Shown here piece by piece: positions 48,338 to 56,008 of a DNA stretch of 64,000 nucleotides. Source of the stretch: Candidatus Kaelpia imicola (GTDB taxonomy: Bacteria; Omnitrophota; Gorgyraeia; Kaelpiales; Kaelpiaceae); assembly GCA_030765505.1 (NCBI GenBank), contig JAVCCL010000018.1, forward strand, positions 1,064 to 65,063, given 5' to 3'. The notes beneath the pieces are model-generated. The model searched no databases and was not told the DNA's origin. It saw nothing but the letters and a program-made list of their open reading frames with translations. Each line of letters opens with the position of its first letter. Positions within the stretch are counted from its first letter, which is position 1. The position numbers were made by a program, and so were the translations under genes.

Positions 48338-48559
48338 ATGAAAGAGAGAGTCGAAGAGGCACTTAATAATATCAGGCCTATGCTTCAGGCTGACGGCGGT
48401 GATGTTGAGCTTGTTGATGTAACTGATGACGGAGTTGTAAAAGTAAGACTTAAAGGTGCCTGCGGGTCCTGCCCTATGAGCAGCTATACTTTAAAGCTTG
48501 GAATAGAGCAGAGACTGAAAGAAGAGGTTCCCGAGATAAGAAAGGTAGTATCTGTTTAA
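48338..48559 (+). CDS. NifU-like (Nfu) domain protein
   Basis: GACGSCPMS CxxC motif in a 73-aa protein. Confidence 0.75.
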   Translation: MKERVEEALNNIRPMLQADGGDVELVDVTDDGVVKVRLKGACGSCPMSSYTLKLGIEQRLKEEVPEIRKVVSV

Positions 48560-49000
48560 AAGGGGTGAAGCATAAGTATAGAGAGTCTGAGATACAGCAG
48601 CTTTGAAGCATTGTTAAGCTCCAAGAGAGTGTCCGGATTCTCTTATTGCGGCATCCTATTGTAATATCCATGGCAGTGTTGATATAAAACTTTAAATTTT
48701 TAGAGGTTAACTATGATTCCTATTGAAGCATTAGAGATTGCGCTTAAGAGAGATAAGAAGATGATAGAGAAGAAGATTGTCGAATTAAAGTCTTCTTAAA
48801 TAGCTGGATATCTATTGCGGCTGTTATAAGAAAAGTTTTTGGTGTCAAAGTTTAATCTTTGGTTTTTATTCTAAAGTTATTAGTTAACCATTCTTTTTTC
48901 TCTATTAACATAATTTATTTTTTATTTTTTTGTTGCAAAGTTTTCTTAAATGGGTTATAAATTTCCTAGGATAAAAAAATCCTGAAAAAGGAGGTGAATC

Positions 49001-49135
49001 ATGGCAGTAAAGAAGAAAGCAGCAAAGAAGCCGGCTAAGAAGAAAGCTGCACCAAAGAAGAAAGCTGCACCAAAGAAGAAAGTAGCTAAGAAGAAAGCTG
49101 CACCAAAGAAGAAAGTTGCTAAGAAGAAAAAATAG
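49001..49135 (+). CDS. Small Lys/Ala-rich basic protein (histone H1-tail-like KKAAPKK repeats)
   Basis: ATG preceded by AAAGGAGGTG. 44 codons, MAVKKKAAKKPAKKKAAPKKKAAPKKKVAKKKAAPKKKVAKKK. Not in the ORF track (under 60 aa). The track's minus-strand ORF 48955-49149 is its antisense. Confidence 0.55.
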   Translation: MAVKKKAAKKPAKKKAAPKKKAAPKKKVAKKKAAPKKKVAKKKK

Positions 49136-49163
49136 GATTTTAGTATCAAGATAGAATAGGGTT

Positions 49164-49196
49164 AAAGGAGGCTTTAAAGCCTCCTTTGCTCTTTTA
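49164..49196 (+). terminator. Rho-independent terminator candidate (perfect 24-nt palindrome, then T-run)
   Basis: AAAGGAGGCTTTAAAGCCTCCTTT is self-complementary and is followed by GCTCTTTT. Lies immediately 3' of the small basic protein gene. Confidence 0.5.
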
Positions 49197-49203
49197 GGGT
49201 CAT

Positions 49204-49686
49204 ATGGATATAAAACACTCTCTTAAAACAGGGATAAGTTTCGGTCTTACCTCTGGAGTCATAACGACTCTAGGCGTTATGGTAGGATTAAACTCTACAA
49301 CCCATTCCAAGATTGCAGTAGCAGGAGGGGTAATGATAATTGCAGTTGCGGATGCATTCTCAGATGCCTTAGGGATACATATGTCTGAGGAGTCTGAGGT
49401 AAAACATAGTCCTCTTGAAGTATGGCTGGCTACTATATCAACATTCTTCGCTAAAGCTCTCTTCGCTTCTATCTTTATAATTCCGGTTATCTTCTTTTCG
49501 ATTCAGACTGCCGTCTATGTAAGTATCGGATTAGGTTTTTTGATACTTACACTCTTTAGTCATTATCTGGCGCTTAAGCAGAAGATATCACCCTTAAGGA
49601 CAATAACTGAACATTTATCTGTTGCAGCTGTTGTTCTCATTTTGAGTCACTATCTGGGCATTATGGCATCGCAGCTGTTTAAATAG
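49204..49686 (+). CDS. VIT1/CCC1-like membrane protein (tentative)
   Basis: GISFGLTSGVITTLGVMVG resembles the Gly-rich helix of the VIT family. About four TM helices. Weak assignment. Confidence 0.4.
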   Translation: MDIKHSLKTGISFGLTSGVITTLGVMVGLNSTTHSKIAVAGGVMIIAVADAFSDALGIHMSEESEVKHSPLEVWLATISTFFAKALFASIFIIPVIFFSIQTAVYVSIGLGFLILTLFSHYLALKQKISPLRTITEHLSVAAVVLILSHYLGIMASQLFK

Positions 49687-49764
49687 CACAGTTTTTGCTT
49701 GACTTCTATACTCTTTAGAATAATAATTATTATAAAATAATCGTTATTAATTAGGAGATAGTAG

Positions 49765-50727
49765 ATGATGAATAGCTTAAATCCGAAGATATCTATTATA
49801 GGTGCTGGTAATGTAGGCATGCGCTATGCCTATGCTCTTACAATAAAAGGTTTAGCCAGAGAGATCGTTATAGTTGACCTTGATAAGGAGAGGCTCAGCG
49901 GTGAAGTCATGGACCTATCTCATACAGCACCATACGTATCTCCTGTTGAGATTATTGGAGGAGACTACTCAGATACTGCCGGTTCTGATCTGGTTGTTAT
50001 TACTGCCGGAGCGAAGCAGAGAGCTGGACAGAGCCGGCTTGAGCTCATTAAAGCCAATGTGGGATTATTTAAAAAAATAATACCGCTTCTTATGAAGTAT
50101 ACTCCGGAAGCAGTGTTTTTAAATGTTACAAATCCGGTTGACTTGCTAAGCTATGTAAGTTATAAACTTTCATCTAAACTATCAAATGAGGTTATAGGTT
50201 CAGGTACTGTCTTAGATACCGCAAGGTTCAGAAATTTACTTGCTCATCATGTTGGAGTCGATACTAGAAATGTACATGCCTATATCTTAGGTGAACATGG
50301 CGATAGCGAATTTCCTGTCTGGAGTAAGGCTATGGTTGGGGGAGTTCTGTTTAAAGATTATTGCCTTAAGTGCTGCAGGAGAGGTGAATACTGCAACCAT
50401 AAAGAAGAGCTGGGTAAGATATCTAAAGAGGTAAAGAACTCTGCTTATAAGATAATAGAGAAAAAAGGTGAGACCTCCTACGGTATCGGCCTTGCTTTGG
50501 TCAGAATAACAGAAGCGATTCTGAATAATGAGAATGCGATACTTCCTGTATCATCTCTTATTCAGGGCTATCTTGGACTTAAGGATCTCTATCTAAGCTT
50601 GCCCGCCGTCGTTAACGGAGAAGGTTTAGACTTTATACTTAATATAGAACTTGATCAGGAAGAGCAGAAGTTATTAAAGAACTCTGCAAAGGTTATAAAA
50701 GAGAATTTAGTTAAAGTAGGATTTTAA
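49765..50727 (+). CDS. ldh: L-lactate/malate dehydrogenase family (L-LDH-like)
   Basis: KISIIGAGNVGMRYAYAL Rossmann motif, catalytic-loop region GEHGDSEFPVWS and length. Confidence 0.85.
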   Translation: MMNSLNPKISIIGAGNVGMRYAYALTIKGLAREIVIVDLDKERLSGEVMDLSHTAPYVSPVEIIGGDYSDTAGSDLVVITAGAKQRAGQSRLELIKANVGLFKKIIPLLMKYTPEAVFLNVTNPVDLLSYVSYKLSSKLSNEVIGSGTVLDTARFRNLLAHHVGVDTRNVHAYILGEHGDSEFPVWSKAMVGGVLFKDYCLKCCRRGEYCNHKEELGKISKEVKNSAYKIIEKKGETSYGIGLALVRITEAILNNENAILPVSSLIQGYLGLKDLYLSLPAVVNGEGLDFILNIELDQEEQKLLKNSAKVIKENLVKVGF

Positions 50728-50739
50728 AAAGAGAGTTTT

Positions 50740-51195
50740 ATGTATTTAGATCTTGATCTTAAATTGAAGGAAGAGGAGTTTGATGTTAAGTCAAAGAGCA
50801 GCGGAGTAAGTTTTAAAATCGGTTTTAGAAAAGAGAATTAGAGTAAACCTAATCCACTGGAACTATTTCTATCTTCACTTGCATCCTGCCTGGGAGTATT
50901 TGCGGTTAAATATTTTAAAGGAGCAAAGATTAATTTTAATAGATTGAATATTAATGTTAAGCCTAGCCTAATACAGGAAGGAAGTACGAAGCTGGATAAT
51001 ATAGTTGTATCTTTAGATACCGACGCGGAATTAGCAGACCGCAGAGAAGCTCTCTTAAGGTTCATGCACAGATGCCCGATAGATAATACTATTTTAAATA
51101 CAGATAAAATAGATATTGTCTTAAAAGAGCAGCAGACTCTCTGGTTTTTGATTAGACTATCTTATTTATTGAAATCAATTGTAAACTTATTGTAA
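50740..51195 (+). pseudogene. OsmC/Ohr-family protein with an in-frame TAG at 50839-50841
   Basis: MYLDLDLK...GFRKEN*SKPNPLELFLSSLASCLGVF... The OsmC hallmark NP.EL...ALASC lies downstream of the TAG in the same frame. The track reports only the 3' part (50944-51195). Confidence 0.65.
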
Positions 51196-51221
51196 ACATT
51201 CGGTCTAATATTATTGTCAAC
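51178..51221 (+). repeat. 44-bp composite direct repeat, copy A (ATTGTAAAC-TTATTGTAAAC-13 nt-TTATTGTCAAC)
   Basis: Matches copy B at 52254-52297 in architecture, differing at one A/C and in the spacer. Overlaps the stop codons of the convergent OsmC-like and HTH-GHKL genes. Confidence 0.7.
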
Positions 51222-52236
51222 CAATATGTTTTATCATTGCATCAATAGCTTTATTGGTATTTATGGTCTCTATTTCAATACTTGGATAGTTATTTTTAAA
51301 AACTCTAAATATCTCATCTGCAAAACCTTGTCCTATGCCTCTAACTCCTTTAAAGTTAAGTCTTATCTCTTTAAACTTTTTTAAATTGAATAATAATCTT
51401 TTAGCCTCAGAGCGGGAGAGATAGGAGTCTTTCTCCTTAGTGAAAAGATTTATAGTTACAGCGGTTTTAGAAAATTTATAATCGTATTTTTCGTTACTAT
51501 ACTCATCAAAAATAGTTTTTAATCTCTTTTTGGAGTTTTTGCTGATTGTGAAATTGACTGAAGTTCCTCTTTTGTATTTTATCTTTTGTGTAAATAGATC
51601 ATTTTTTATGTTATCAAAGGTAACCTCTATGTTATGGCTCTTTATGAGAAGCTTATTAGATGCTTTTGATGTAAAAAACAATCCTTCTCCGGAATGGTAT
51701 TTTTTTGCCGTAGTAGTTTTGCCTTTGATCAATTCTTGTAAAGCTTCGTACTCATCCTCTAAGCCGAATTTTTTTTTAATGTTTTCAAATATTCCTATCC
51801 CTTGGTCGTTTATTACAAAGTTTATATTATAGTTATCAACTTTTAATTTAACTTTGGATCTTTTTGATTTAGAATGGTCGATTGCATTATTAAGTATTTC
51901 TGTAAAGGCATAGGATAGGATATCAAATATATTTTTTCTCAGTAGATGTTTTAAATCATATTGAACATTGATTTTATTAAAAACTCTATCTTCTTTTAAA
52001 TTATGAAGTAAACAATCTCTACTTAGCTCTATCGTTAAGTTGTCTGTTTTTTTATCTTTTAGTGCATACTTTACGCCCCTAGTGGTGCCGATTTTTTTTA
52101 TTACCCCTTCAGCGATTAGTCGTTTGATATGTTTATGTATTCCTTGTCTAGTTAACCCCGTAGCTTTAGCTATCTCTTCTATTGTAATATATTCTTGTTG
52201 TCCCAACCTGCTTAAAATTCTATTTTTAATATTCAC
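51217..52236 (-). CDS. HTH - GHKL (histidine-kinase-like) ATPase - DUF4325 (STAS-like) protein
   Basis: Winged HTH EEIAKATGLTRQGIHKHIKRL. GHKL N-box NNAIDHS, G1 DQGIGI and G2 GEGLF. C-terminal ...LNFKGVRGIGQGFADEIFRVF resembles DUF4325. Preferred start is GTG at 52236 (MNIKNRILSRL...). The track's TTG at 52296 would translate the repeat array. The gene is very AT-rich. Confidence 0.65.
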   Translation of the reverse strand: MNIKNRILSRLGQQEYITIEEIAKATGLTRQGIHKHIKRLIAEGVIKKIGTTRGVKYALKDKKTDNLTIELSRDCLLHNLKEDRVFNKINVQYDLKHLLRKNIFDILSYAFTEILNNAIDHSKSKRSKVKLKVDNYNINFVINDQGIGIFENIKKKFGLEDEYEALQELIKGKTTTAKKYHSGEGLFFTSKASNKLLIKSHNIEVTFDNIKNDLFTQKIKYKRGTSVNFTISKNSKKRLKTIFDEYSNEKYDYKFSKTAVTINLFTKEKDSYLSRSEAKRLLFNLKKFKEIRLNFKGVRGIGQGFADEIFRVFKNNYPSIEIETINTNKAIDAMIKHIG

Positions 52237-52243
52237 GGTAATA

Positions 52244-52272
52244 ATTTTAACATATTGTAAACTTATTGTCAA
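52244..52272 (-). promoter_or_regulatory. Near-consensus promoter inside direct-repeat copy B (TTGACA-17-TAAAAT on the minus strand)
   Basis: Minus-strand TTGACA is the reverse complement of TGTCAA at 52267-52272. TAAAAT is the reverse complement of 52244-52249, 7 nt before the GTG start at 52236. Confidence 0.45.
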
Positions 52273-52297
52273 CCTTGCATTAAATATTATTGTCAAC
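52254..52297 (+). repeat. 44-bp composite direct repeat, copy B (ATTGTAAAC-TTATTGTCAAC-13 nt-TTATTGTCAAC)
   Basis: See copy A. Lies in the 5' region of the minus-strand HTH-GHKL gene. Confidence 0.7.
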
Positions 52298-52428
52298 TCC
52301 TTGATGTATATACAGATTCTATAAGATGAGATTTTACTTGTTTTGATGGTTGCTTAGGAGTATTTTACATATGAGAGTATTGGATAGTAGAGATAGGATT
52401 TGATTTAAAGAGAGGAGAGAGAAGTATT

Positions 52429-52788
52429 ATGAGAAATGGCAAGGTTTTTATCTCTTTGTTTTTAATCTTTTGCTGCCTATCGTTTATTTTTAATGAAGTA
52501 TCTTCTGCACATTCCCCCGAACGGGTAGAGATTAAATTCGTAGGCAGCCTGCTTAAAATTAAGGTATACCATAGCGTGGGAAATACAAATATGCATTATG
52601 TAAAATATATTAACGTATATGTAAATGGGAAGTGGGTTGCTAAGCAGCGTTTCTTCTCCCAGCAGTATGACAGTTATCAAGAGGCGGTCTTTAATATCCC
52701 GGACTTAAAAGCCAAAGATGTACTTCTGGTAATAGCCCATTGCAGTAGAAAGGGAAGAATAGATAAATCAATAATAGCTCCGAATTGA
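52429..52788 (+). CDS. Secreted small protein, paralog 1, with superoxide-reductase-like (desulfoferrodoxin Fe-domain-like) motifs
   Basis: Signal peptide, then AHSPE...VYHSVGNTNMHYVKYINVYV...AHCSRKG. AGGAGAG upstream. Confidence 0.5.
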   Translation: MRNGKVFISLFLIFCCLSFIFNEVSSAHSPERVEIKFVGSLLKIKVYHSVGNTNMHYVKYINVYVNGKWVAKQRFFSQQYDSYQEAVFNIPDLKAKDVLLVIAHCSRKGRIDKSIIAPN

Positions 52789-53132
52789 TGATTAGAATAA
52801 GAAAGATTACGGTTTTGGTCTTCTGCTTATCCTCCTTGCTCTTAACTGTTAGTTTTGCCCATCCTCCCTGGAAGATAACAATAGAGACCCGGGGTAAAGA
52901 TATAGAGGTAACTGTATATCATGAGGTGGCTGACCCTGAAGAGCATTATATAGAGAGAATAGATGTATACTTAAATGGCATCAGACATGCGGACATGGAG
53001 TTTTCTACTCAAACAGACGATCTCCAGATTGTAAGGCTTAGTCTTCCCCCTTTGAAAAAAGGAGATTTTATAGATGTTATGGCCTTTTGTAATAGAGGGG
53101 GAGAGCTAATTGAAAATTTGACTGTAGAATAA
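52785..53132 (+). CDS. Secreted small protein, paralog 2, with superoxide-reductase-like motifs
   Basis: Signal peptide, then AHPPW...VYHEVADPEEHYIERIDVYL...AFCNRGGEL. Compare SOR KHVPVIE...AHPMEEKHYIQWIEL...YCNIHGHW. Overlaps paralog 1 by 4 nt. Confidence 0.5.
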   Translation: MMIRIRKITVLVFCLSSLLLTVSFAHPPWKITIETRGKDIEVTVYHEVADPEEHYIERIDVYLNGIRHADMEFSTQTDDLQIVRLSLPPLKKGDFIDVMAFCNRGGELIENLTVE

Positions 53133-53178
53133 TCTTTAAATAGGTTAGATTTGAATAGGTTAAAAAGGAGGTATAGAG

Positions 53179-53367
53179 ATGAAAAAGCTGGCTCAGTTTT
53201 TAGTAGTAGTCGGAGGTTTAAACTGGGGGCTGGTTGGTTTTTTCAATCTAGACCTTGTTGCCAGAATCTTCGGCGGGTTCTCAACGGTATCGAGGGTTAT
53301 CTATGCCCTTATAGGCCTCTCAGCACTTCACCTGGTTATTATTTCACTTAAGAGAAAGGTAAATTAA
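53179..53367 (+). CDS. DUF378 family small membrane protein
   Basis: GGLNWGLVGFFNLDLVARIFGG...YALIGLSALHLV matches the DUF378 signature. AAAGGAGG RBS. The overlapping track ORF 53151-53351 is in another frame and is rejected. Confidence 0.7.
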   Translation: MKKLAQFLVVVGGLNWGLVGFFNLDLVARIFGGFSTVSRVIYALIGLSALHLVIISLKRKVN

Positions 53368-53566
53368 TTTAAGTGATTTTTGTTCTTCAGAGAGTTTCCT
53401 TCCTTTATATATACAGTATAAGAGACGAGTTTAGTTTTGAGTCAGATTTTAAGCGGTCAAAAGAATGAAAAAAAGTTTTAGAAGATGATTTTTTTTCTTG
53501 ACGTAGTAGCATAATTTAAATTATTATCTTAACAGTTATATATAAACATATTAGTAATCTTAATAT

Positions 53567-56008
53567 ATGAGAAAAAAAACAAGCTTACAATATAGACCAG
53601 AAGCAAAGAGACTTCTGGTTTTTCTTTTAGCAGCTCTCTTACTAACTTCCTTAAGCCCTGCATTATATGCTGCCGGTAGAGACTCTTCCATTGAAGAGGA
53701 GAGAGCAAAGGCTCAGAAGTTAATCCAGCAGGAAGAGAAGGAAGATAGGCGTGAGAAGCAGGCCAGAATAAACAGCCTTTATAAAGAAGCACTCTCTTTC
53801 TATTACGAAGATAATCTAAGAGCAGCTCAGGAGACATTTGAATTGATTCTCCTTATAGCTCCGGATGAGAAAAAAGCAAATAGTTTTATAGAGAGTAAGA
53901 TTCCTGCAAGATCTGAAAAGTTAGTAGAGTTAAAACAGAGAGAGGCAGAGAGAGAAGCAAAGAAGAGGGAAGAGGAGCTTAAGCGTTTAAGAGCCAGGGC
54001 AGAGAGAGAGGCTAAGAGACAGATAGAAGAGCAGGAGCGTGACCAGAAAAAGGCAGAGCTTGAGAGAGAACGTGCCCAGCGTGAAGCAGAGCGTATAAGA
54101 GAGAGACAGAGCATAGAGGAAGAGAAGCAGGCTAAGACAGCAGAGAGAGAGAGGAAGCGTGCTGATAAGGAAGCAGAATTAGAGAGAAAACGCGCAGAGA
54201 AAGAAGCTAAAAGAGCAAGGCAGGATAGAGTAGGTGAGATTTGTGAAGAAGCACTATCTTATTACAAAGAAGGTAATATAGACCAGTCTATAAATTCATT
54301 CCAGCAGGTTCTTAAATTAGATCCGGATAATAAGAGAGCAGAGAGCTACTTAAATAATAAGATTCCTGCTAAGAGAGAGCGCCTTAATGAGATTGCAGAG
54401 CGCGAAAGAGAGAGTCAGAGAGTAGAGAAAGAGAAAGAACTATCTAAATTAAAAGAGAGAGCCCAAAAAGAGGCTCAAGCTCAAGAGAGAGAGCTGGCCA
54501 AAGAGAAGAAGCTTGCTGAAGCTATAGCCGGGAAGCAGGCCAAGAGAATAGAGAGAGAGAAGAAGCTTGCTGAGGCTGAAGCCGAGAAGCATGCCAAGAG
54601 AATAGAAAAAGAGAAGAGGTTGGCTGGAAAAGAGGCTAAGAAGCAGGCTGAGATAGCAGAGAAAAAGGCTCAAAAAGAAACAGCGAAGTTAGAGAGAGAG
54701 AAGAAGCGCGCTGAAAAAGAGGCTCAAAAACAGGCTAAGAAATTAGAGAGAGAGAAGAGGTTGGCTGGAAAAGAGGCTAAGAAGCAGGCTGAGATAGCAG
54801 AGAGAGAGGCTCAAAAGGAATCTAAAAAGTTAGAGATAGAGCAAAAAAGCGCCAGTATAGATACTAAGAGAGAGACAGCAAGGTTAGAAAAAGAGAAGAG
54901 GTTGGCTGAAAAAGAAGCTAAGAAGCAGGCTAAGATAGCAGAGAAAGAAGCCAGAAAACAGGCAAAAATAGCTAAGAAAGAAGCTAAGAAACTTGCAAAA
55001 GCAGAAGGAGTAGAGGAGGAAGTTAAAGAGGTAAGAGAGAAAAAAGAGAAGGCTCCTCGAGTAATCAGTGAAGATAAGCTTAAGAGAAAAGCAGAGGTAG
55101 AAGAGAAGCTTAGAAAGAAAAGAGAGGCCAGGGAAGCAAAGCTTGCCAAGAAAAAAGGGAAGCTGGAAGATAAGAAAGCTGAGAAAATTAAGACAAGAGA
55201 AGATAAAATAAGAGTTGAAGAAGAAGCCCGTATTGCAGCTACGCAGAGCGATTTCATTACTATAAACAGAGTTGTTACTACGCCTGGCTTGGTTCAGGAT
55301 GCAGATGCTTTTGTTGAGGCTAAAAGAGAAGAAGAGTCTATCGCTCTATATAACTACGCGTTAGATGTAACAAAAGATAAATCAATCAGGAAAGAGATTG
55401 CGCTTAAGAAGAGAGCTGCTTTAAAGGCGATAAAGAAGAAAGATAAGCAGAAGGCAAGAGACGAGTATAAGCAGGAAGTGAAGAAAAAGCATGAGACTCA
55501 TCGTGCCAAGATAGAGGCTAAGAGAGAGCAGCGTACTCAAAAGAAAGAGAATAGTAGAAAGATAAACGACCTCTATAGAGAAGCGCTTTCATTATATTAT
55601 GATAATAAGTTTGATGAAGCAGAGGCTAAGTTTAATGAGATCTTAGGATTCTCACCTGATGAAAAAAGAGCCAGGAAGTTTATAGACGTTAAGATTCCTG
55701 CAAGAAAAGAGCAGCTTGAGAATTTAGAAAATAAAACTAAATTACGTAAAGATAAAATAGAAGAGAAGAGCCGTGCTGATAGAGAGGCTAAGAAGCAGGC
55801 TGAGATAGCAGAGAGAGAGGCTCAAAAAGAAACAGCGAAGTTAGAGAGAGAGAAGAAGCGTGCTGAAAAAGAGGCTCAAAAACAGGCTAAGAAATTAGAG
55901 AAAGAAAAGAGGTTAGCTGATAAAGAAGCTGAGAAGGCTCGCATTAAAGCTGAAAGAGAAGAGAAGAAGCAGGAAAAAGAAGAGGAAATTCAGGGAGATA
56001 TAAAATAG
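53567..56008 (+). CDS. Secreted Lys/Glu-rich coiled-coil protein with three conserved TPR-like modules
   Basis: Signal peptide MRKKTSLQYRPEAKRLLVFLLAALLLTSLSPALYA. Three copies of an approximately 55-aa module, each ending in KIPA[RK]xExL (aa ~60-120, ~225-285, ~635-695). Long charged low-complexity helical runs (AKKQAEIAE..., EKKRAEKEAQKQAKKLE...) lie between them. Stop TAG at 56006-56008 directly abuts the tpsB ATG at 56009. Confidence 0.7.
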   Translation: MRKKTSLQYRPEAKRLLVFLLAALLLTSLSPALYAAGRDSSIEEERAKAQKLIQQEEKEDRREKQARINSLYKEALSFYYEDNLRAAQETFELILLIAPDEKKANSFIESKIPARSEKLVELKQREAEREAKKREEELKRLRARAEREAKRQIEEQERDQKKAELERERAQREAERIRERQSIEEEKQAKTAERERKRADKEAELERKRAEKEAKRARQDRVGEICEEALSYYKEGNIDQSINSFQQVLKLDPDNKRAESYLNNKIPAKRERLNEIAERERESQRVEKEKELSKLKERAQKEAQAQERELAKEKKLAEAIAGKQAKRIEREKKLAEAEAEKHAKRIEKEKRLAGKEAKKQAEIAEKKAQKETAKLEREKKRAEKEAQKQAKKLEREKRLAGKEAKKQAEIAEREAQKESKKLEIEQKSASIDTKRETARLEKEKRLAEKEAKKQAKIAEKEARKQAKIAKKEAKKLAKAEGVEEEVKEVREKKEKAPRVISEDKLKRKAEVEEKLRKKREAREAKLAKKKGKLEDKKAEKIKTREDKIRVEEEARIAATQSDFITINRVVTTPGLVQDADAFVEAKREEESIALYNYALDVTKDKSIRKEIALKKRAALKAIKKKDKQKARDEYKQEVKKKHETHRAKIEAKREQRTQKKENSRKINDLYREALSLYYDNKFDEAEAKFNEILGFSPDEKRARKFIDVKIPARKEQLENLENKTKLRKDKIEEKSRADREAKKQAEIAEREAQKETAKLEREKKRAEKEAQKQAKKLEKEKRLADKEAEKARIKAEREEKKQEKEEEIQGDIK
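54632..54767 (+). repeat. Intragenic near-identical DNA repeat, copy 1 (~136 bp)
   Basis: GAGGCTAAGAAGCAGGCTGAGATAGCAGAG...GAAATTAGAG...GAGGTTGGCTG recurs at 55784-55919 with a handful of mismatches. Partial further copies lie at about 54526-54610 and 54775-54815. Confidence 0.7.
55784..55919 (+). repeat. Intragenic near-identical DNA repeat, copy 2 (~136 bp)
   Basis: See 54632-54767. Confidence 0.7.

Noticed and set aside
48955-49149. Minus-strand 64-aa ORF (FFFGAAFF...)
   Set aside because: It is the antisense of the KKAAPKK-repeat small gene. The + ORF has a strong SD and ATG and is followed by a terminator.
52237-52296. N-terminal extension MTIIFNARLTISLQYVKIIT of the HTH-GHKL gene from a TTG start
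   Set aside because: These codons are simply the translation of the 44-bp iteron array. A GTG at 52236 gives a natural HTH N-terminus and leaves the array, with its TTGACA/TAAAAT promoter, upstream.
53151-53351. Track ORF MNRLKRRYRDEKAGSVFSSSRRFKLGAGWFFQS... overlapping the DUF378 gene
   Set aside because: It is in a different frame from the ORF at 53179-53367, which has a clear AAAGGAGG RBS and the DUF378 signature. The Arg-rich translation is a frame artefact.
53827-55257. Minus-strand ORFs (95, 74 and 148 aa) inside the Lys/Glu-rich gene, and the 76-aa minus ORF at 55913-56143
   Set aside because: They are antisense of AAG/GAG-rich coding repeats, which give Leu/Phe/Ser-rich low-complexity translations. 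The + gene has a signal peptide and conserved modules.
53567-56008. Highly repetitive DNA that might be a CRISPR array or a tandem minisatellite
   Set aside because: The repeats are in-frame coding repeats of unequal spacing (136-bp units about 1.1 kb apart plus partial copies). They lack the regular repeat-spacer periodicity of CRISPR, and the region is one continuous ORF with a signal peptide.
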